A program made the translations under genes and the position numbers. 64,000 nucleotides of DNA from Vulcanimicrobiota bacterium (lineage in GTDB: Bacteria > Vulcanimicrobiota > Vulcanimicrobiia > Vulcanimicrobiales > Vulcanimicrobiaceae): positions 256,001 through 320,000 of the forward strand of contig CAWHWQ010000001.1 of assembly GCA_963833095.1 (NCBI GenBank). Direction: 5' to 3'. This document shows, piece by piece, positions 30,262 to 40,860 of the stretch. The notes under the pieces were generated by a model. It worked only from the letters and a program-made list of their open reading frames with translations, had not been told where the DNA came from and did no database searches. The number at the start of each line of letters is the position of its first letter. Position 1 is the stretch's first letter.

Positions 30262-30879
30262 ATGCTCGACGTCGCCGTGCCCCCCCAGGTCGCAGCCGAT
30301 CTCGCCGCTATCGGCCGGTTCGCCGCCGCGCGCGGCTGGGTGCCCGCGACCAGTGGAAATTTCTCGTGCCGCGTCGATGCGACCCATGCCGCCGTCACGC
30401 GCTCGGGGATCGACAAGGGAAACATCCGCCCCGAGGACCTGATCGTTGTGCCCCTCGCCGGGGAGCTTCCGGCCGGCGTCTCAGCCGAGACACCGCTGCA
30501 CGTCGCCCGCTATCGCCGTGAAGCCGGGGTCGGGGCGATCGTCCATGTCCATACCGTCGCCGCCACCGTCCTTTCGCGCGCCGATGCCGCTCGCGGGTTC
30601 GTCGAACTCGACGGCTTCGAAATGCACAAGAGCCTGCGCGGCGTAACCACCCACGAGAGCACGCTGCATCTGCCGATCTTTGCCAACGATCAGGACACCA
30701 GCCGCCTGGCCGACCGCATCGAGAGCAGCTTGGCGGCCGAATCGCCGGTGCCCGGATACCTGCTGGCGGGACACGGGTTGTACGCGTGGGGAGCCACGAT
30801 GGCAGATGCCCAGCGCCATCTCGAGGGACTCGAATTCTTACTCCAGTGTTCATTAGAGGAACGGAGACTACGCCGATGA
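30262..30879 (+). CDS. mtnB: Methylthioribulose-1-phosphate dehydratase
   Basis: GWVPATSGNFS, SAETPLH, HVHT, GHGLYAWG. Confidence 0.93.
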   Translation: MLDVAVPPQVAADLAAIGRFAAARGWVPATSGNFSCRVDATHAAVTRSGIDKGNIRPEDLIVVPLAGELPAGVSAETPLHVARYRREAGVGAIVHVHTVAATVLSRADAARGFVELDGFEMHKSLRGVTTHESTLHLPIFANDQDTSRLADRIESSLAAESPVPGYLLAGHGLYAWGATMADAQRHLEGLEFLLQCSLEERRLRR

Positions 30880-31433
30880 CCACGACCCTAACCAGCACGC
30901 TTCGCGTCTATGACGACGAGCGTCCCGAGACGCTTGTGCTTGAGACGAGCGACGGCGAGCGCATTGCCGACGAGCTGCGCGCGCTCGGCGTGCGCTTTGA
31001 GCGTTGGGCCGCAGACGCGCAGTTGCCCAAGGGCGCCGACCAGCAAACGGTCATCGATGCGTATCGCCGTTCGATCGACAAACTTGTCGCCGAGTGCGGC
31101 TATCAAACGATGGACGTGATTCGTCTGGAACGCGGTACGCCGAACACCGAGCCGATGCGCAAAAAGTTCCTCGACGAACATCAACACTCTGAAGACGAAG
31201 TGCGCTTCTTCGTCGAAGGCCGCGGCGCGTTCTACCTTCACGTCAACGGACGCGTCTATCAAACCGTCTGCGTCAAGGGCGACTTGATCAGCGTCCCGGC
31301 CGGGACCAAGCACTGGTTCGATATGGGCGCGGATCCCGAGTTCACAGCGATTCGCCTCTTCAACAACCAGGAAGGCTGGGTCGCCAACTTTACCGGCGAC
31401 CCCATCGCAAGCGGTTTCCCCAAGCTCGATTAA
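30876..31433 (+). CDS. mtnD: Acireductone dioxygenase
   Basis: GVRFERW, FLDEHQHSEDEVRFFVEG, PAGTKHWFDMG, AIRLF. Confidence 0.96.
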   Translation: MTTTLTSTLRVYDDERPETLVLETSDGERIADELRALGVRFERWAADAQLPKGADQQTVIDAYRRSIDKLVAECGYQTMDVIRLERGTPNTEPMRKKFLDEHQHSEDEVRFFVEGRGAFYLHVNGRVYQTVCVKGDLISVPAGTKHWFDMGADPEFTAIRLFNNQEGWVANFTGDPIASGFPKLD

Positions 31434-31498
31434 CAGGGTTCAGCTTTGCTGAACCCGTGGTGTTCGGGCTTCGCCCGATCCGCAGCGAGGATGCGATA

Positions 31499-32194
31499 TT
31501 GAAGTTTAGAGCTCGTACGGCGCTGATCGATATCGAAGGAACGATCGGCTCGATCGCTTTTGTGCGTGACGTGCTCTTTCCGTTTGCCGCGCTGCGCATG
31601 GATGCATACGTGCGCGAGCACGAGCGCGATCCCGCGGTGCGCGAGATCCTCGACCAAACCGCCGTCGAAGCTGACGTTGCGCGCGGCGACCTCGACGGAC
31701 TGCTCGAGGCGCTGCACGACTGGGCCGATCGCGACGTCAAGGTGACGCCGCTCAAAGCGCTCCAGGGATTGATTTGGGTCGAGGGATTCGAATCCAGCGG
31801 TATCCAGGGCCACCTGTATCGCGATGCGATCGACGCGCTGCGCCGCTTCTACGACGCCGGCGTCGCGTTATACGTCTACTCGTCGGGCTCGGTTCCCGCG
31901 CAGAAGCTGCTCTTCGGTCACAGCATCGCGGGCGATTTACTTCCGCTCTTTTCAGGCTTCTACGACACGACGATCGGTCCGAAGCGCGAAGCCTCTTCCT
32001 ACGAGCGCATTCTCGACGAGATCGACCTTGCGCCCAACGAGGCGATCTTCTTCTCCGACAACGAAGCCGAACTCGACGCAGCGCAAGAAGCCGGGGTGCA
32101 GACCGTTCAGCTCGCGCGTCCCGAAGACCTGACCGTTCCGACGACGCGACATGCCTGCGTCGAATCGTTCGACGAAATCGAGGTGACCCGATGA
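31499..32194 (+). CDS. mtnC: Enolase-phosphatase E1 (HAD)
   Basis: DIEGT, FVRDVLFPFA, LKALQGLIW, YSSGSVPAQKLLF, FFSD. Confidence 0.95.
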   Translation: MKFRARTALIDIEGTIGSIAFVRDVLFPFAALRMDAYVREHERDPAVREILDQTAVEADVARGDLDGLLEALHDWADRDVKVTPLKALQGLIWVEGFESSGIQGHLYRDAIDALRRFYDAGVALYVYSSGSVPAQKLLFGHSIAGDLLPLFSGFYDTTIGPKREASSYERILDEIDLAPNEAIFFSDNEAELDAAQEAGVQTVQLARPEDLTVPTTRHACVESFDEIEVTR

Positions 32195-32643
32195 GTTCCC
32201 CCAAGCAGTTCTACGAGGATTTTGAAGTCGGCGACGTGCGCGAGACCGGCCGCTATCGCATCACGCAAGAAGAGGGGCTGGCCTTCGCGCGTGCCTACGA
32301 TCCGCAGCCCTTTCACCTCGACGAAAAAGCTGCTGAATCGAGCTTCTTTCGCAAGCTGGTGATCAGCGGCTGGCAAACCGCCGCGATCAGTATGCGCTTG
32401 CTGGTCGATGCGCGCGCGAAGGAGGACAGCCCCCTCGTAGGCAGCGGCGTCGACGAATTGCGTTGGACGTTTCCTGTCGCGCCTGGTGACGAGCTGCGCG
32501 TGCGCAGCGAGGTGATCGAAAAGACGCCGTGGCCGGGCGGCAAGCCGCGGGGGCTCGTACGTTTTCGCAATGAAACGCTTAACCAGGACGATGTGGTGGT
32601 GCTGACCTACATCGCCAATACTATCGTTCCCAAGCGCGAGTAA
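32191..32643 (+). CDS. MaoC-family dehydratase
   Basis: YEDFEVGD, YDPQPFHLDE, SGWQT, LRWTFPVAPGD. ATGA overlap with mtnC. Confidence 0.9.
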   Translation: MSSPKQFYEDFEVGDVRETGRYRITQEEGLAFARAYDPQPFHLDEKAAESSFFRKLVISGWQTAAISMRLLVDARAKEDSPLVGSGVDELRWTFPVAPGDELRVRSEVIEKTPWPGGKPRGLVRFRNETLNQDDVVVLTYIANTIVPKRE

Positions 32644-34768
32644 TTGACGCAATAACATCGTTCTGACGATCGATGCGATCGGCGAGCGAACGCACGACCA
32701 CAGCGTGAAACAGCATGGCGGCGCGCGCGTCTGCCGCCTCGATTGCGTCGAGCCCATCGCGGGTGAGCGCATAGACGACGGCGGGCGTTTCGGCCACGAC
32801 GGTCGCGTCGCGCGGCAGGTGCCGATAAAATCCCATCTCGCCGATGGTCGTTTGCGGCCCAAGACTCGCAACGCGGACCTGACCTTCGCCGATGATGACG
32901 GCAAGACGCCCAGAATCGATAAAGAACATTCGGTCTGCGACGTCGCCTTGCGCGCACAGAACGTCGCCCGTCGCCAATTCGATGGGCTCGAGGCGATCGT
33001 AGATCAGTTGCGCAAGCGTCGCGCCGAACCGCGCCGCTAGCCATGCTGCGACGCCTGGTAGCGCGTCAGGAGACGAGTCATAAAGCTGCAACAGCTGCGC
33101 TTCGCAGAATTCGAGCGCCAGATCGCGATCGCCGAACGCGAGCGGACGAAGGTGCTCTTCAAGCGACGCATCCCAAAGCATCCGGACGCGCGACGACATT
33201 CCACAGATCATGAACTGCACTCGATCCGCGTCGATGTTACGCGCGAACTTGACGAAGGCCGCGGCGGCCGACGAATCCATGCCGGTCACGCCGCCGAAAT
33301 CGACCACGATCCACATCACGCCGTCGATCTCGCGCGTGCAAGCAAGAAGTTCCCGGTAAAGCCGATCGGCGATGCCGAAAAACACGAACCCGCGCAGGCG
33401 AAAGATCCGCACGCGCGCGCCGTACTCGGCGAGCACCTCGGATTCGCGCTGCGAACGCTGCAGGCTCGAGCGGATCACCGCTCCAGACCAACGATGCTCC
33501 ACGACGTCGACACGTCCGTAGCGCACCACGAATGTGATGCAGCCTACGGCAAGACCGACGACGATGCCCGGCACGAAGCCAAACCAGACGATCGCGAGGA
33601 CGATCGCCCAAATCGTTACGTAATCGCCGACCGATTGACCGTGGGCCGGCCGTAGCAGCCATCGATAGGCTACCCCGCCTCCAAGAGCCATCAATAGGCC
33701 GGCGGGTGCAAATAGCGGGACGAAATTGATGAGGCGCCAAGGGCCGATCAGCATCGCCGCGACCGCACCGAGTCCGACGATGACGCCGACCGAGCGATCG
33801 CGCACGCCGAGCTGGTGATTCATCGACGTCCGCGCAAACGAGACGTAAGCGACCATACCGCCGAACAGCGCCGAGCCGATGTTCGCCCAGCCGGTGAGAC
33901 CCAATTCGCGATCGAGATCGACGTCTTTCCCGGTGAGGAGCTCAAGCCCGGTCTCGTTGAACAGAAGCGTAACCGCCGACACGATGGCCACCACCAGCAT
34001 AGCGGGAACGCTCATAAACGTGGCGCGCACATCGATCGGGGCGTGCAACGACCATGCGAACCACGGTGCGGCGGCCGGCATATCGAAGAACCACCCGCTC
34101 GCGCGCAAGCCCGCGAGCGGCAAATGGAACGCGGCTACCACCACGAGCGCCGCAGCGATCGATCCAAGAAAGCTCGCCGGAACCGCAACTGCGCCGAACT
34201 TGCGCGAAAGCAACAGCAGTGCGGCGGCGAGCGCAAGCGCGAGCGCGAACTGCGCGAGCACGGGCTGCGCAGCAAGCGCGCCCAACCCTCCAAGCCCTAG
34301 CGAATGCCCGGTCAGCACGCGCACCGAGCCGAGCATCACGAGCACGCCGGATGCCGCGTTGAAGCCACCGATCATCGGCTCGGGAATGAAGCGGATAACT
34401 CGCGACGCGCGAGCGGTTCCAAACGCAATCAACACGACGCCGGTCAGCAACGTAGCCAGCGCGATGACGGTGAGCAGCGTCGCAATGCGCTGCGCCGGAG
34501 CGACGACGACGAGCGCAGAGGCCACGAGCACCAGTACCGCCGTTGGATTGTTGTCGGGGCCTGCCATGGCGATCGGAAACTTGCTGAAGACCGCAGCGAC
34601 GAGGCCTCCGACTGCAACCGCGATCAACGCGGAAAAGACGCCTATTCCAAACCCGGCCTGGAACTCGCCGGAGAAAATGAGCGCTGCGAACGAAAGCGCA
34701 TAGGCCAGCGCAAGCGCGATGGCAACGAGGGAATGAAGCCCCCGCTCTACGGGTGCTTGATTTTGCAA
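32621..34768 (-). CDS. SulP/SLC26 anion transporter with STAS and C-terminal cNMP-binding domain
   Basis: RFIPEPMIGGF, DLDREL, LRGFVFFG...VDFGGVTGMDSSA (STAS), GEMGFY...RDATV (CNB). Confidence 0.9.
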   Translation of the reverse strand: MQNQAPVERGLHSLVAIALALAYALSFAALIFSGEFQAGFGIGVFSALIAVAVGGLVAAVFSKFPIAMAGPDNNPTAVLVLVASALVVVAPAQRIATLLTVIALATLLTGVVLIAFGTARASRVIRFIPEPMIGGFNAASGVLVMLGSVRVLTGHSLGLGGLGALAAQPVLAQFALALALAAALLLLSRKFGAVAVPASFLGSIAAALVVVAAFHLPLAGLRASGWFFDMPAAAPWFAWSLHAPIDVRATFMSVPAMLVVAIVSAVTLLFNETGLELLTGKDVDLDRELGLTGWANIGSALFGGMVAYVSFARTSMNHQLGVRDRSVGVIVGLGAVAAMLIGPWRLINFVPLFAPAGLLMALGGGVAYRWLLRPAHGQSVGDYVTIWAIVLAIVWFGFVPGIVVGLAVGCITFVVRYGRVDVVEHRWSGAVIRSSLQRSQRESEVLAEYGARVRIFRLRGFVFFGIADRLYRELLACTREIDGVMWIVVDFGGVTGMDSSAAAAFVKFARNIDADRVQFMICGMSSRVRMLWDASLEEHLRPLAFGDRDLALEFCEAQLLQLYDSSPDALPGVAAWLAARFGATLAQLIYDRLEPIELATGDVLCAQGDVADRMFFIDSGRLAVIIGEGQVRVASLGPQTTIGEMGFYRHLPRDATVVAETPAVVYALTRDGLDAIEAADARAAMLFHAVVVRSLADRIDRQNDVIASITRAWER

Positions 34769-34848
34769 GGCGGTTTACTTCGTGAGCGAAACTTTGAATC
34801 TTCTGCGCGCGAACAAAGTATACCGTGGTTATTTAAATTGAGCGCTTC

Positions 34849-35826
34849 TTAATGCTCTGAGTCGATCGAGGCGTCGATGAGCGCGATTGCCTGCGCGCCA
34901 CGCTCTTCGTACGTTCCGCGCAACACCTCAAACCGATGCCCCATTTGCGCGAAAAGTTCGATCAGTCGTTCGTACATCCAGTAGCGCTTATGCTCGCCGT
35001 CGCGGATCTCGTCGGCGACGAACGGCACGTCGGGATAGGGAACCAAGTACAGGCAGATGCGCGAGGGAGGCAGCGGCCAGCGCGTCGGCACGCGATCGAG
35101 ATACCGCTCCGACCACACCATCGTCGCGAGTGCGTCCGTATCGCAAATCAATACGGGATTGGCGCGGCGCGCAGCATCGTCTTCGCGACGCTGCTGCTCG
35201 AATGCGATGTGCACGAACTCATCTTCGACCCACTGTCCCTGCAAGCCATTGCGCAACTTCTCGAGCGAGTACTCGCGACCGTATTCGGGAACCCAGACCG
35301 TATCGTAGTGCGCGGCAAGGCGCTCGCACAGCGTGCTCTTGCCGGTTGACTCCGATCCGACGACACAGACGCGCGGAACGTAGTGCGCCCGCACCGGTGG
35401 TTCGAGCCATTCGAGCATCGCGGCGGGGGCGCGGCGCACCATTGTCCCGGTAACCGGAACGAGTGCACGTTCGCGGTCGACGTCGAAGTGGCGCGCGCCA
35501 AGCGCCGCCGCCATCATCTCGCCGTAGTCTTCGGAAGTAAAGAGCACGTCCACTCGCTCGCTAAGGAATGCATGCACTCGAGCGGCTTCGCGCTCGGCAT
35601 CGTCCGGTGTAAGCCGTGGATAGTTAAACGTCGAAAGAACCCGCACGTCGACGCCTGGATGAATCTCGCGTAGCCACTCTGCGCGCACGTCCGACGGTAC
35701 GGTTTGCGCCTCGAAGTCAAAAAGTAGCACGATCAAACGATCGCACCGCGCGCGCGCCGTGTCGATCAACAAGGCGTGCCCGCGGTGCGGTGGGTCGAAT
35801 TTTCCGGCCACCAGGCCGGTGGTCAT
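34849..35826 (-). CDS. nadR: NadR-like protein (cytidylyltransferase-like domain plus P-loop kinase domain, no HTH)
   Basis: [10 protein letters not shown] (HxGH), TSEDYG, Walker [21 protein letters not shown]. Confidence 0.82.
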   Translation of the reverse strand: MTTGLVAGKFDPPHRGHALLIDTARARCDRLIVLLFDFEAQTVPSDVRAEWLREIHPGVDVRVLSTFNYPRLTPDDAEREAARVHAFLSERVDVLFTSEDYGEMMAAALGARHFDVDRERALVPVTGTMVRRAPAAMLEWLEPPVRAHYVPRVCVVGSESTGKSTLCERLAAHYDTVWVPEYGREYSLEKLRNGLQGQWVEDEFVHIAFEQQRREDDAARRANPVLICDTDALATMVWSERYLDRVPTRWPLPPSRICLYLVPYPDVPFVADEIRDGEHKRYWMYERLIELFAQMGHRFEVLRGTYEERGAQAIALIDASIDSEH

Positions 35827-38321
35827 GCGTGGGCCGGTTCGCTCGGTTCCGACGGCAGTTCGATCGAAGGGATCTTCGAGAATTTCAGCTTCTCAGGATC
35901 ATCCGGATCGACGTCGGCGAGGACGTGATCGCCACCGACAAAGTTCCCTTTGAGCATCTCTTCGGCGAGTTCGTCTTCGACGTTGCGCTGAATCGCGCGG
36001 CGTAACGGACGCGCGCCGAACTGCGGATCCCAGCCTTTCTTGGCTAGGAGCGCTTTCGCCGCTTCGGTCACTTTGAGGTGCATATCTTGCGCGCGGACCT
36101 CGCGCAGAACTTTCTCGAGCTCGAGCCCGACGATCTCCTCGATCTGCGGCTTGGTAAGTTGATGGAAGACGACGACTTCGTCGACGCGGTTGAGGAACTC
36201 GGGACGGAAGGTGTGCTTGACCTCCTCGAGCACCTTGTTCTTCATCCGCTCGTAGCCCTTGGCTTCGTCTTCTTCGGTGCCTTTTTGCGGGCGGAACCCG
36301 ATGTCGGTCGTCGTCTGCATGCCGGCAGCGCCGACATTCGAGGTCATGATGATCACGGTATTTTTGAAGTCGACTTGGCGACCTTGCGAATCGGTCAGCC
36401 GGCCGTCGTCGAGCACTTGCAGCAACAAGTTGAAGACGTCGGGGTGCGCTTTCTCGATCTCGTCGAGTAATACGACCGAATACGGACGGCGACGGACGGC
36501 TTCGGTGAGCTGCCCGCCCTCTTCGTAGCCGACATATCCCGGAGGCGCGCCAACCAAACGCGACACCGAATACTTCTCCATGTACTCCGACATGTCGATG
36601 CGGATCATCGACTCTTCGTCGTCGAACATGAACTCCGCGAGCGAACGCGCGACTTCGGTCTTGCCGACGCCGGTCGGACCAAGGAAGAGGAACGAACCGA
36701 TCGGACGATTCGGGTTCTTGAGCCCCGCGCGCGAGCGGCGGATGGCACGGGTAATCACGTTGATTCCTTCGTCTTGACCAACGATCCGCTCGTGCAGCTT
36801 CGCGCCCATGTTGAGCAGCTTCTCGGTTTCCGCCTGCGCAAGACGGCTGACCGGAATCCTGGTCCACGCCGCGACGATCTCGGCGACGTTTTCGCTCGTG
36901 ACCTGAAGCGGCTTGTCGGCGTTGCGCGCCTTCTTCTCTTGCCACTCCTGTTCGAGGCGCGACTTCTCGAGACGCAGCTTCTCCTCGCGATCGCGAACCG
37001 AAGCGGCCTTTTCGAACTCTTGGTTCTTGACGACCGATTCTTTCTCAGCGATGACGCGACGCAGTTGCGCATCGACTTCGCGAATCTCGGGCGGCGGTAG
37101 CGTTGCTTGCAAGCGCACGCGCGAGCTCGCCTCGTCGATCAGATCGACGGCCTTGTCGGGCAAGAAGCGATCGGTGATGTAGCGATCGGCCAGCTTGGCT
37201 GCCGCAGCCAGGGCCTCGTCGGTGATCTGCACCTTATGGTGCGCCTCGTAGCGGTCGCGCAGCCCCATCAAGATTTCGACGGTCTCTTCGACCGACGGCT
37301 CGCCGACCATGACCGGCTGAAAGCGCCGTTCGAGCGCGGAGTCTTTTTCGATGTGCTTGCGAAATTCGTTGAGCGTCGTCGCACCGATGCACTGCAGCTC
37401 GCCGCGCGCCAGGGCCGGTTTGATGATATTACTCGCGTCGATCGCGCCCTCGGCAGCGCCCGCACCGACTAGCGTGTGCAGCTCGTCGATGAAAAGGATG
37501 ATCTCGCCCGCTGCGCCGCGGATCTCATCCATGACGCGCTTCATGCGCTCTTCGAACTCGCCGCGGTACTTCGTACCTGCAACTAGCCCGGCAAGATCGA
37601 GTGTGATAACGCGCTTGTCGCGCAGGGGATCGGGGATGTCACCCTTGATCACGCGCTGCGCAAGACCCTCGGCAATCGCCGTCTTGCCGACGCCGGGTTC
37701 ACCGATGAGCGCGGGATTATTCTTAGTGCGTCGCGAGAGAATCTGAATGACGCGTTCGATTTCGTTGCTGCGTCCGATCACGGGGTCGAGTTTGTTCTCC
37801 CGCGCGAGCTGCGTGAGATCGCGTCCGTAGGCATCCAGCGTCGGCGTCTTACTCTTGCCTTTGGGTGCGGGCGGCTGACCTTCCGCGCCGAGCAGCGAGG
37901 TCGTTTGCACGCGCACCTTCGCGGGATCGACGCCGAGGTTGGTGAGCACGCGCGCAGCAACGCCTTCGCCTTCGCGGATCAAGCCGAGCAGCAAATGCTC
38001 CGTACCGATGTAATTGTGATTGAGTTGACGCGCTTCTTCGAAGGCAAGCTCAATGACGCGCTTTGCGCGCGGCGTGAAGACCATCTCCTGCTGCACGGTT
38101 TGGCCGCCGCGACCGACGATGGCCTCGACCTCTTGGCGCACCTTGGCGAGATTGACGCCAAGGGACTCGAGGACTTTTGCAGCGAGGCTTTCGCCTTCGG
38201 AAATAATGCCGAGCAGAATGTGCTCGGTTCCGATGTAGTTGTTCCCGAGGCGCTGCGCTTCTTCTTGAGCGAGCACGATGCTGCGTCTCGCACGCTCGGT
38301 GAACGGTTCCCACATTGACAT
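35823..38321 (-). CDS. clpC: ATP-dependent Clp protease ATPase ClpC
   Basis: Two Clp-N repeats, GEPGVGKT, short UVR middle domain, [16 protein letters not shown]. Confidence 0.97.
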   Translation of the reverse strand: MSMWEPFTERARRSIVLAQEEAQRLGNNYIGTEHILLGIISEGESLAAKVLESLGVNLAKVRQEVEAIVGRGGQTVQQEMVFTPRAKRVIELAFEEARQLNHNYIGTEHLLLGLIREGEGVAARVLTNLGVDPAKVRVQTTSLLGAEGQPPAPKGKSKTPTLDAYGRDLTQLARENKLDPVIGRSNEIERVIQILSRRTKNNPALIGEPGVGKTAIAEGLAQRVIKGDIPDPLRDKRVITLDLAGLVAGTKYRGEFEERMKRVMDEIRGAAGEIILFIDELHTLVGAGAAEGAIDASNIIKPALARGELQCIGATTLNEFRKHIEKDSALERRFQPVMVGEPSVEETVEILMGLRDRYEAHHKVQITDEALAAAAKLADRYITDRFLPDKAVDLIDEASSRVRLQATLPPPEIREVDAQLRRVIAEKESVVKNQEFEKAASVRDREEKLRLEKSRLEQEWQEKKARNADKPLQVTSENVAEIVAAWTRIPVSRLAQAETEKLLNMGAKLHERIVGQDEGINVITRAIRRSRAGLKNPNRPIGSFLFLGPTGVGKTEVARSLAEFMFDDEESMIRIDMSEYMEKYSVSRLVGAPPGYVGYEEGGQLTEAVRRRPYSVVLLDEIEKAHPDVFNLLLQVLDDGRLTDSQGRQVDFKNTVIIMTSNVGAAGMQTTTDIGFRPQKGTEEDEAKGYERMKNKVLEEVKHTFRPEFLNRVDEVVVFHQLTKPQIEEIVGLELEKVLREVRAQDMHLKVTEAAKALLAKKGWDPQFGARPLRRAIQRNVEDELAEEMLKGNFVGGDHVLADVDPDDPEKLKFSKIPSIELPSEPSEPAHA

Positions 38322-38482
38322 TGCTTGGCTCTTCCCTCCGAAGACTGTGCCTTGCGCCCCGCGCAAGTATTTTACTCTAACGCTACCCAGGTCAGGTGGG
38401 TTTCGTGACGCTCTTTACTCTTTTGTATCAGGCGGTACGCCACCGCATCGCCAAGGGCCTCGGGTGAGTTAAGATAGTAGCC

Positions 38483-38794
38483 ATGCCAACCAGCGATCAA
38501 ATTCGTACCGCCTTAGCCGAAGTCAAGGATCCCGAACTGAATCTGGGCATCCTGGAGCTTGGGCTTGTCTACGACGTAAGCGTTGAAGGGGATGCCGGCG
38601 AGCACGCGACCGTCGTCATGACCCTCACCTCACCTATGTGCCCGGTGGGCCCCATGTTCAAGAAGTCCGTCGAGGATCACGTCCTGGCCGTTGAGGGAGT
38701 CAAGACCGCCACGGTAGACATCACCTTCTCGCCGCCCTGGGACCCAGTGACCATGGCCTCTGACGACGTAAAGGCCGCCTTGGGTATATGGTGA
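38483..38794 (+). CDS. DUF59/SufT metal-sulfur cluster assembly factor
   Basis: DPEL...LGLVY...MTLTSPMCP...PPW. Confidence 0.92.
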   Translation: MPTSDQIRTALAEVKDPELNLGILELGLVYDVSVEGDAGEHATVVMTLTSPMCPVGPMFKKSVEDHVLAVEGVKTATVDITFSPPWDPVTMASDDVKAALGIW

Positions 38795-38821
38795 GCCCGA
38801 GCGAAGCCGCGCGACTTTAGC

Positions 38822-39322
38822 CTACTGAGCCGTTCCGATAATTGCAAAGGTGCCGGTGCCGTGGGCGATCAGTTTGCCGTCGGGGCTGAGGACCCGGCCT
38901 TCAGCGGTGGCGAAGTTGGCCCCGACGTGAACCGCGCTTGCTTCGGCGGTCATGCTTCTCGCCCGTCCGGCAGCAGCGGACGCACCATGTGCACGTGCAA
39001 GTCGACCGTCGTGGCCATCCGGTCTTGCGGCAAACGGGTCTGCACGGCGAGCGTCAGGACCGTATCGAGCAGCGTTGACGTGAAGCCGCCGTGCACGACG
39101 CCGGCTGGATTGCCCGTCCACTCATGTGTCGGGCATGGAGAACGTCACGCGTCCCGGCTCGGCCGTCTCGAAGACGAAGCCGAACGCACTAGCCAGCGGC
39201 GGTGGAGGCGCCTCACCTGTGATGATGCTTTGCATCCACTCTAAATGCGGCTTTCCGGCCATCGCACGCGCGAGTTCGCGCGGGTCGGACCAAGTGAACG
39301 AGTACTCGCGCAGGGTATCCAT
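38822..39322 (-). CDS. PaaI-family thioesterase (frameshifted)
   Basis: NPAGVVHGG.T..LDT and AEGRV...DGKLIAHGT, spread across frames. Confidence 0.8.
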
Positions 39323-39334
39323 CCTAGTCTCCTT

Positions 39335-40198
39335 TTAAGCGGGTGCCGGCGCTTGCAGTGCGAGCGCGTCGCGCGCGATCGGCCACATGGCGGGGCCATT
39401 TGCCGATCGAAAAAATCCCATGTGCCCGACAACGCTTGCACCATAATCCCGCGGATCGATCCTGCGGATCTCCGCCGTCGTGCCGGAGAACGCCGATGCG
39501 AGGCCCTCGATCGCGGACCGCGTCGCCCAGCGGTCGTCGGTCAGCTCGAGCATACAGATCGCCATGGTAGGAGGCCCCGTTGCGCAAGGAGTCGAGGGTT
39601 CGGTCGTCCAGAAAGTAGCGCGGCTGCAGCACCCACTTGCGCCACTCGAGGGCAATACCGCGCGCAAGATCCTCGCCGAAACCGATTCGCGAACCGGGCA
39701 AATAGCCGACGCTCGCGGTCACGACCGGAACGATGAACTTCATCAACGCGTAGATACGGTAGTTGTCGGGAAACCGGCAGTTGCCCCAATAGCCCAAAAA
39801 CGATGCGACGGTGAGCGCGCGTGACACTTCGCCGTTGTTCGGCGCGATAAGCAGCGCGTGACCGCCATAGCGAATGTCCAACCAGGTGGAGCGCAAGCTG
39901 CGGATAACGGCCGCGGATCCATGCGATCACACCCGGCGAGTCGCGCTCGCCCCAATCGCGCATGCGCGCATCGCTGCGCGAAAGTTGCTGCGCGCTCTCG
40001 CCCGATCCGCGGTAATCGTAGGTCACCGTAACGGCACCGCAGCCGGCAAGGTACGAGGCGAAGCGCGCGATAGTAGCCGCGCGGCATCGCGGTTGCACCG
40101 CTCACGATCACCGCTGCGCTGGCTTCTCCCAGCGGTTCAAAGAGCGTCGCGCGAAGCGGCAGGCCATCGAGGGCGCCAATTTCAACGTCGCACTTCAT
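39335..40198 (-). CDS. Alpha/beta hydrolase (frameshifted)
   Basis: GATAMPRGYY, YDYRGSGES, MRDWG, VGHS, GEDLARG, GHMGFFR, spread across frames. Confidence 0.8.
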
Positions 40199-40209
40199 CA
40201 GCCTCGCGC

Positions 40210-40802
40210 TCACGGCAGCACGCGCTCCTCGAGCCAGGCACGCAGTCCAGCGCAAACGTTGCGAGAGTGCGTACGCGAGCGCATTCCGCGCGCGAGCAGA
40301 ACGGCACCTTCGAGCGACGCCACGATAAAGTCGGAGGCTTGTTCGATATCGGTGCGCGCGTCGATTTCTCGCGCAAGCACGCCGCGCTCGACGTTCCGGC
40401 GTACGATGCCGCGCATCGCACCGAACGCCTTGGACACGCGCTCGCGCAAGAACGGCAGCGCATCGTCGGCCTCGACGCAGGCGTTGATCACCGGACATCC
40501 GCCGTCGATGACCGGCCGCTCGCAATAATGTTCGAAGGCGTCGACATAGGCGCGCAAGGCGCGCCAGGCCCGGACTCGCGCCACCCAGCGCCTTGCCGAA
40601 ATACTCGACGACCTGCGCGTATGCGAAATCGAAGGTCTCGACCGCAAGCTCTTCTTTGCTCGCAAAGTGGTTGTAGAGTCCGCCTTTCTCAAGCGACGTC
40701 GCTTCAAGGATGTCGGCGATCGACGTCCCCGCAAAACCGCGCCGGTTGAACATCGGCGCGGCCGACGCGAGGATCGCCGGCGCGGCGCTTCGAACCTTTC
40801 AT
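40210..40802 (-). CDS. TetR-family regulator, LmrA/YxaF-like (frameshifted)
   Basis: GFAGTSIADILEATSLEKGGLYNHFASKEEL, GGCPVIN, IVASLEGAVLLAR. Confidence 0.87.
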
Positions 40803-40805
40803 AAA

Positions 40806-40823
40806 ACAGACCGTTCGGTCTGT
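40806..40823. promoter_or_regulatory. Palindromic TetR operator
   Basis: ACAGACCG-TT-CGGTCTGT, between the divergent TetR and DHA2 starts. Confidence 0.78.
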
Positions 40824-40860
40824 AACCAAAGCGATCCTTGAGGGCGTTCCTACAGCGATA

